DNA of 64,000 bases, taken from NCBI GenBank assembly GCA_963797115.1, contig CAWCOH010000002.1, positions 643,168 through 707,167 of the forward strand. The letters run 5' to 3'. The stretch is from an uncultured Alphaproteobacteria bacterium (lineage in GTDB: Bacteria > Pseudomonadota > Alphaproteobacteria > ATCC43930 > CGMCC-115725). The notes under the pieces are model-generated. The model had not been told where the DNA came from. It saw only the letters and a program-made list of their open reading frames with translations, and ran no database searches. Below are positions 59,181 through 64,000 of the stretch, piece after piece; positions within the stretch are counted from its first letter, which is position 1, and every line of letters begins with the position of its first letter. The translations under genes and the position numbers were made by a program.

Positions 59181-59519
59181 CTACAGCGTCAAATCCAGGA
59201 TCCTCCCCGGCACCAGAAAACCTCTGTCCCATCTCGACCATCGTCCGGGCACCGGCCGACCGGGATTGCGATCGCGACGCCAGCAGACATCGGCACCGGG
59301 CGGCACATCGATGAACTTGGTCGCATTGTTAGGCATCGTGAATGCGAGGGTCGAGACGTAGCCGCCATCGCGCGCCTCGCAGTCCGGGTTCGCCGTGATC
59401 ACCGCCTCGACGTTGACCAGCGGAAAGTCGGGGTTGCTGAGCAATAGCCATCCCGGCCCCGGGGCCTCCTGGGCGCAGGAGGCGCAGAGCAGCACGATGG
59501 GCAAAAATCTCGGTCGCAA
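59181..59519 (-). CDS. hypothetical exported/lipoprotein-like small protein
   Basis: 112 aa with an N-terminal MRPRFLPIVLLCASCAQ (signal or lipobox-like). No recognisable domain. Confidence 0.5.
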   Translation of the reverse strand: MRPRFLPIVLLCASCAQEAPGPGWLLLSNPDFPLVNVEAVITANPDCEARDGGYVSTLAFTMPNNATKFIDVPPGADVCWRRDRNPGRPVPGRWSRWDRGFLVPGRILDLTL

Positions 59520-59650
59520 GGCGTGGCTCTCTTGGTCGAGTGCGTGTCAGCCGACAATCTATACGCGGGTTTCCGACCACAGCGATTGCCGGCTGCGCTA
59601 TATAGCGGCTGCCGCGTCCGGATCAAATACCCCTCGGCTCCGCTCCTACG

Positions 59651-60838
59651 TCAATCGAACAGTGCGAGGTCGATCGCGTCGCCCATCTTGTAGTAGCCGG
59701 CGTCGCTCGGGTGCAGACCGTCGCCGCAATCGTCGCTCGGCCGCATCTGCGTCGGATGTTCGGGGTCGCGCAACGCCTGATCGAAATCGGCGACCCCGTC
59801 GAACGCCCCGCCGTCGCGGATCCAGCCATTGACCGCCACGCGGACCTCCTCGCGCTGCGGGTTCCAGGCATTGGCCATGTAGGTCTCGTTGCCGAACGGG
59901 GTCAGCGTGGCGCCGATGATCTTGATGCCGCGGCTGTGGGCGCGCAGCGCCATCTGCTTGAGACCGGCGATCATCTGCGCCGCGGTGGGCTCCTCCTCGG
60001 GCTTCTTCCAGCGGTTGCGCAGATCGTTGGTGCCGAGCATCACGGCGACGTGGGTGACCCCGGGCTGGGATAGAACATCGCGGTCGAAGCGGCGCAGCCC
60101 GCTGTCGCCGCGGATATCGAAGAGAATGCGGTTGCCGCCGAGCCCCTGGTTCATCACCGCCATCGGCCGGCCGCGAGGGCGCGCCATCAGGCGGCGCGCG
60201 AGCTGGTCGGGCCAGCGGCAGAAGGCGTCCATCGTCGAGATGTTGCCGTCGGTCAGCGAGTCGCCGAGTGTCACGATGCCGCCGGTCTCGGCGCCGGCGA
60301 GCACATCGACGCCGCAGACGAAGAACCAGTCGCTGGTCAGGCTGGCGATCGGCATCACATTGGCTGCGGTGAAATCGCCCGGCGGCGAGATGTAGTTGGT
60401 CTGCCGCGCATAACGGCCGGTGATCTGAAAATCGTTCAGGACCTCGCCGGGCAGATAGAGGCTGACCGCGAGATCGGCGAGCGGCGCCAGACCGAGTGCG
60501 ACCGGATCGCTGAAGAGGACCGCACCCGCGGCGATCGTCGCCGTGTTCTCACCGCCGAAGGCTAGCTTGCGGTCGGACCCCGGGACGATGCCGGGACCCT
60601 CATCGCGCAGTGCGATATGCGCGCCGCCGATGTCGAGCGGACGCCGGCCATAGGCGTTCGAGATCCGCACCCGCACGGTATCGCCGCCGAGGCTGGCGCG
60701 CATCGTCATGCGCAGGGTCTGGTTGGTGAAAGCGCCGGTTTCGGCGGGTGCCGGAGCCGTCGTCCAGGTGCCGACCCAATGCTGGTTGTCAGGCATAGCG
60801 TCTCTCCCGATCTCGCGAGGTTGTGATGGGCTCGGCAA
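59651..60838 (-). CDS. SGNH/GDSL-family hydrolase with an N-terminal beta-sandwich extension
   Basis: Block I TLGDSLTDG, block III MLGTNDL and block V DGLHP. The start is uncertain; MPDNQHWVGTW is an alternative. Confidence 0.88.
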   Translation of the reverse strand: MPSPSQPREIGRDAMPDNQHWVGTWTTAPAPAETGAFTNQTLRMTMRASLGGDTVRVRISNAYGRRPLDIGGAHIALRDEGPGIVPGSDRKLAFGGENTATIAAGAVLFSDPVALGLAPLADLAVSLYLPGEVLNDFQITGRYARQTNYISPPGDFTAANVMPIASLTSDWFFVCGVDVLAGAETGGIVTLGDSLTDGNISTMDAFCRWPDQLARRLMARPRGRPMAVMNQGLGGNRILFDIRGDSGLRRFDRDVLSQPGVTHVAVMLGTNDLRNRWKKPEEEPTAAQMIAGLKQMALRAHSRGIKIIGATLTPFGNETYMANAWNPQREEVRVAVNGWIRDGGAFDGVADFDQALRDPEHPTQMRPSDDCGDGLHPSDAGYYKMGDAIDLALFD

Positions 60839-61113
60839 ATCTTATGCCCGAGGCCATCCCTTCGCCATCGCAAAGCGCAGGCGGTCCCACACTCCTGTTC
60901 CCCCTGTTTTATCAGGTCGAGATCAGGCATCGCCAACTCCTGCAACGACAATCCCACACCCGCTCAGGGTGCCGATGCCGAGTAGATATAGTGCGTTTAT
61001 GGCAACTCGATGGTTGTCGCTATCGAAGCTCGCGGGCATCGGACTTCGGCGTTGCGGAGTTTCCTCATTCTGAGAGCTTGTGAAAGTGTTGAACTGTCGG
61101 CTGCGCGGCGATC

Positions 61114-61230
61114 GTGCGTCCTTCGAGACGGCCGCCTTGCGGCCTCCTCAGGATGAGGCAGGTCTTTGATGACATTAAGAAAATTCCTCATCCTGAGGAA
61201 GCTGCGAAGCAGCTGTCTCGAAGGACGCAG
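61114..61230. repeat. inverted pair of ~45-bp REP units
   Basis: GTGCGTCCTTCGAGACGGCCGCCTTGCGGCCTCCTCAGGATGAGG (61114-61158) faces CCTCATCCTGAGGAAGCTGCGAAGCAGCTGTCTCGAAGGACGCAG (61186-61230). Partial copies lie near 61065-61080 and 61300-61340. These units generate the PHPEEAA..SRRT pseudo-peptides seen in ORFs on both strands. Confidence 0.8.
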
Positions 61231-61617
61231 TACGCCGATCAGCAGACCTTCGATTCTTTCATACGCTCTGACGAAGCCGCCGCGGGTCCGCGCGTCGCGT
61301 GGCTCGAGGACAGGCTCCGCGGCTGTCTCGAAGAACGCACAGCGCTGACCCAGCCGGGGATCGCATGGTCGCGGGCTGCGCCCACACCGGCAGTTTCCCG
61401 AAATCCCATCCGCCCTCCATTCCGGAGACCAGTTTGGATCCGATTATCCCCCGCAAAGTTGGCAATTCAGCGGAGGATCGAAGCCTTTGGATCTCCCGCC
61501 GGGCGTCGCCACTACCGCAGCCCGGTCAATAGCTTGTGTCGCCATGCACTCAGTAAAGACGCAACCGTCCAAGTGTTTGTGACCCCGATAGGATCCAAGA
61601 TAGGAGAGTGTATATCC

Positions 61618-62316
61618 GTGAGGACGCTGTTGGCGGAATTTGGGCCAGGCATTTGGCTCGGCGAGGGGCCTATCGTGCCATTCTACGGGTTCGCTTATCC
61701 AACCCGGATGGCCGTGATCCGCTTGCAGGATGGCAGCTTATTCGTGTGGTCGCCGATTGCCCTCTCTTCTGACCTGATGCAGGAGGTTGATGCGTTAGGA
61801 ACCGTTCGCCATCTCGTCTCGCCCAATTTGTTGCACCACCTCTTTCTGGGCGAATGGAAATCCGCTTACCCGCATGCTCGGCTCTACGCCTCGCCCGGCC
61901 TGCATAGGCGAAGGAAGCAGCTGCCCTTTGACGCGGACTTAAGTGACAAACCCGATCTCGCATGGGCCATGGACATTGACCAAGTCCTCATGCGCGGCAC
62001 CTTCCTCTTGACGGAAGCTGTGTTCTTTCACCGCCCCAGCCACACGGCGATCTTCGCAGACCTGATCGAAAATTTCCCACGCGACTGGTTCAAGGGCTGG
62101 CGTGGCCTTGTCGCGCGGCTTGATGGGATCGTTGCACCCAATCCCGGCGCACCGCGCGAACTGCGGGCGTCCTTCCTGAACCGCCGTGCGGCATGTGCCT
62201 CGCTCCAGCGCATTCTGGCTTGGCCGATCGAGCAGGTGCTGATGGCTCACGGCGAACCGGTCACCTCGGGCGGAGCGGCCTTCGTGCGCGCTGCCTTCAA
62301 GTGGTTGCACGTATAA
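61618..62316 (+). CDS. DUF4336-family protein (metallo-beta-lactamase-like fold)
   Basis: GTG 61618 lies behind TAGGAGAG. The sequence is VRTLLAEFGPGIWLGEGPIV...LFVWSPIALSSDL..EVDALGTVRHLVSPNLLHHLFLGEWKSAYPHARLYASPGL. The 168 upstream codons of track ORF 61114-62316 are REP-derived. Confidence 0.78.
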   Translation: MRTLLAEFGPGIWLGEGPIVPFYGFAYPTRMAVIRLQDGSLFVWSPIALSSDLMQEVDALGTVRHLVSPNLLHHLFLGEWKSAYPHARLYASPGLHRRRKQLPFDADLSDKPDLAWAMDIDQVLMRGTFLLTEAVFFHRPSHTAIFADLIENFPRDWFKGWRGLVARLDGIVAPNPGAPRELRASFLNRRAACASLQRILAWPIEQVLMAHGEPVTSGGAAFVRAAFKWLHV

Positions 62317-62454
62317 CGGCGCCGATGCCGGCCTTGCACTGGTAGCAAATATCAAGACTTATGGTGCGCCTGCACACCAGCTATTGAATGCAGGGTGAGC
62401 CTCGTCGCACTGCAAGGCGAATATCGGGACTGGCGGACTGGCTCGATGTGACCG

Positions 62455-63246
62455 CTAGGCCGTTGCGCTCGGGCGTTTGGAGACGGCCTCGTACCACCGA
62501 TGGGTGTTCAGGTGCTGTGGGGGCACCTTCTCCTCGACCCATCCCGCGAAGTCGACCACGGACAGCGCGGTGATGTCGGCGATGCTGAACTGGTCACCGG
62601 CGACGAACTGGTGTTGACCGAGATACGAATTCAGCCGCTCGAAGAATCGAGCGATCCCGGCGCGTCCTCGATCGACAAGCTGGGGGATGGCGGGAACCGC
62701 ACTGATGCCGGGAAGGCCGCGGTCGCTGAAGGCCGGGTGCGAGTTCCGGAAGATCTCGGCAACAGACATCAAGCCATCGATTTCCATGTGACGGTTACGC
62801 GACTCGATGAACGCTTTATTGCGGGCGTTCGTCCCCATCAGCGGCGGATCGGGATAGGTCTCTTCGATCCATCGAGAGATCGCCACGACTTCGTCGAGTG
62901 CCGTGCCGTCGTCGAGAATAAGCGTCGGGACAAGGCCACGAGGGTTGATCGCGAGGAAATCGGGCTTGAGGTTGTCCCCCTCTACCAGGTTCAACTCGAC
63001 CCGCTCAATCTCGACGCCCTTCTCGGCGAGGAAGATGCGGAGCCGACGAGGTTCGGTGCCATCTGGCAATCGTATAATTTCATGGCTTCTCCTCCCTTTT
63101 GCCGCGAACAGGCTTGTACCGTTGGTGAGAGTGTGACTTGAGACCGGAGCGGCTTCTTTGGCAAGGCCTCGGATACCTACGTTCCTTCCGACCAGAAATG
63201 GAGTGGGGGACCCTCGTCGATGGCATGTGAGTCCGGCAGTGCGCAA
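62455..63246 (-). CDS. glutathione S-transferase (start region anomalous, possible frameshift)
   Basis: GST N- and C-domain pattern RLRIFLAEKGVEIERVELNLVEGDNLKPDFLAINPRGLVPTLILDDGTALDEVVAISRWIEE. Homology begins only near 63075, and the upstream 56 codons do not resemble GST. A strong SD (GGGAGGAG) with ATG at 63083 is one base out of frame. Confidence 0.75.
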   Translation of the reverse strand: MRTAGLTCHRRGSPTPFLVGRNVGIRGLAKEAAPVSSHTLTNGTSLFAAKGRRSHEIIRLPDGTEPRRLRIFLAEKGVEIERVELNLVEGDNLKPDFLAINPRGLVPTLILDDGTALDEVVAISRWIEETYPDPPLMGTNARNKAFIESRNRHMEIDGLMSVAEIFRNSHPAFSDRGLPGISAVPAIPQLVDRGRAGIARFFERLNSYLGQHQFVAGDQFSIADITALSVVDFAGWVEEKVPPQHLNTHRWYEAVSKRPSATA

Positions 63247-63308
63247 TTCAAGAAGTTCGGGAAATTTGCTTGGACCCGCCTGATCAGGGGTTACACTTCC
63301 CGTAACTT

Positions 63309-63875
63309 ATGACCAAAACTCACCCGCAAAACCACCCTCTCGGCTATGCCCGCGTCAGCACCTACGGGCAGACGCTCGACAGCCAGCTTGAACAGCTACG
63401 CGCCGCTGGATGCACCGCCAAGATTTACCGCGAGAAGGTGACCGGCGCGGACAACGACCGGCGCGAACTTCTCAAAATGTTGAAGGCCCTCGCCCCCGGT
63501 GACGTGGTGACAGTGACGCGCATCGACCGGCTGGCGCGCAGCACGTTCGACCTGTTCGCCATCGTCAAGCAGATCGTGGACGCCAAGGCGCAGTTCCGTT
63601 CGCTTGCCGAGCCGTGGGCCGACACCGGCACCAGCACCGGGCGCTTGATGATTGCTGTATTGGGCGGCTTGGCGGACGTGGAGCGCGACCTTATCCGCAC
63701 CCGCACCGCCGAGGGCCGCAGCCGGGCGCAGAAGCGCGGGCAGCACATGGGCCGACCGCCGAAATTGACCCCGGCGCAACAGGCCGAGGCCCGGCGACGA
63801 CGGGCGCAGGGCGCGACCCTTGCCGAACTCGCGCGCAGCTACGGCGTGGGAAAGAGTACGATTTCGCGACTGTGA
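63309..63875 (+). CDS. serine recombinase (resolvase/invertase family)
   Basis: 188 aa with YARVSTYGQTLDSQ (catalytic Ser), VTRIDRLARS, a GRLMIAVLGGLADVERDLIRTRT core and a C-terminal HTH ATLAELARSYGVGKSTISRL. Confidence 0.93.
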   Translation: MTKTHPQNHPLGYARVSTYGQTLDSQLEQLRAAGCTAKIYREKVTGADNDRRELLKMLKALAPGDVVTVTRIDRLARSTFDLFAIVKQIVDAKAQFRSLAEPWADTGTSTGRLMIAVLGGLADVERDLIRTRTAEGRSRAQKRGQHMGRPPKLTPAQQAEARRRRAQGATLAELARSYGVGKSTISRL

Positions 63876-63910
63876 CCCAGCGCCATCTAGGGCCATCTAG
63901 GAGGGGCTTC

Positions 63911-64000
63911 GTGAAAGGAAACGACGTATTCGACGCACTGAAAAGCATGGGAGCGACCTCACTGTACCATGCTAATTCGGTCGCCACGTGCGCCACGTTT
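63911..64000 (+). CDS. 5' end of an unidentified gene running off the window
   Basis: GTG 63911 lies behind TAGGAGGGG. The frame is open to the window edge (VKGNDVFDALKSMGATSLYHANSVATCATF). That is too short to classify. Confidence 0.35.
   Translation, partial: MKGNDVFDALKSMGATSLYHANSVATCATF

Overview
High-GC alphaproteobacterial chromosome segment. I judge it Rhizobiales-like from gene content and from the REP families, which translate to motifs such as PHPEEAAKQLSRRT.

Layout:
(1) 1-8.2 kb: housekeeping genes (fumC, phaR, an EAL phosphodiesterase, hydrolases, an XRE regulator).
(2) 8.2-40.1 kb: one co-directional, minus-strand glycan biosynthesis and export locus of about 32 kb. It is ABC-transporter dependent (wzm/wzt). 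It carries three AsnB-type amidotransferases, a signal-peptide-bearing homologue of animal heparan-sulfate D-glucuronyl C5-epimerase, an orphan secreted beta-propeller protein and four CgeB-like glycosyltransferase modules. One of those modules sits in a 988-aa multidomain enzyme with a C-terminal coiled coil, and one is a decayed pseudogene. The locus also has WbpB/D/E-like diacetamido-sugar enzymes (WbpB and WbpD fused), a methyltransferase cut by an in-frame TAA, and a dedicated NusG paralogue plus a MarR-type regulator at its head.
(3) 40.2-46.4 kb: decayed mobile DNA. It holds an IS1380-like fragment, a P4-type integrase pseudogene, an intact IS21 with inverted repeats and a 4-bp target duplication, and two decayed cargo genes.
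(4) 46.4-63.2 kb: housekeeping genes plus a metal and TonB cluster (ArsR with a His-rich duplicated protein, DUF1194, a CDF transporter, DUF2946, a TonB-dependent receptor, ExbB-ExbD-TonB).
(5) 63.3 kb to the end: a serine recombinase and the first 30 codons of an unidentified gene.

I found no rRNA, tRNA or CRISPR array. Many long ORFs in the supplied track are antisense shadows typical of high-GC DNA. All family calls come from motif recognition by eye and from memory, not from database searches.
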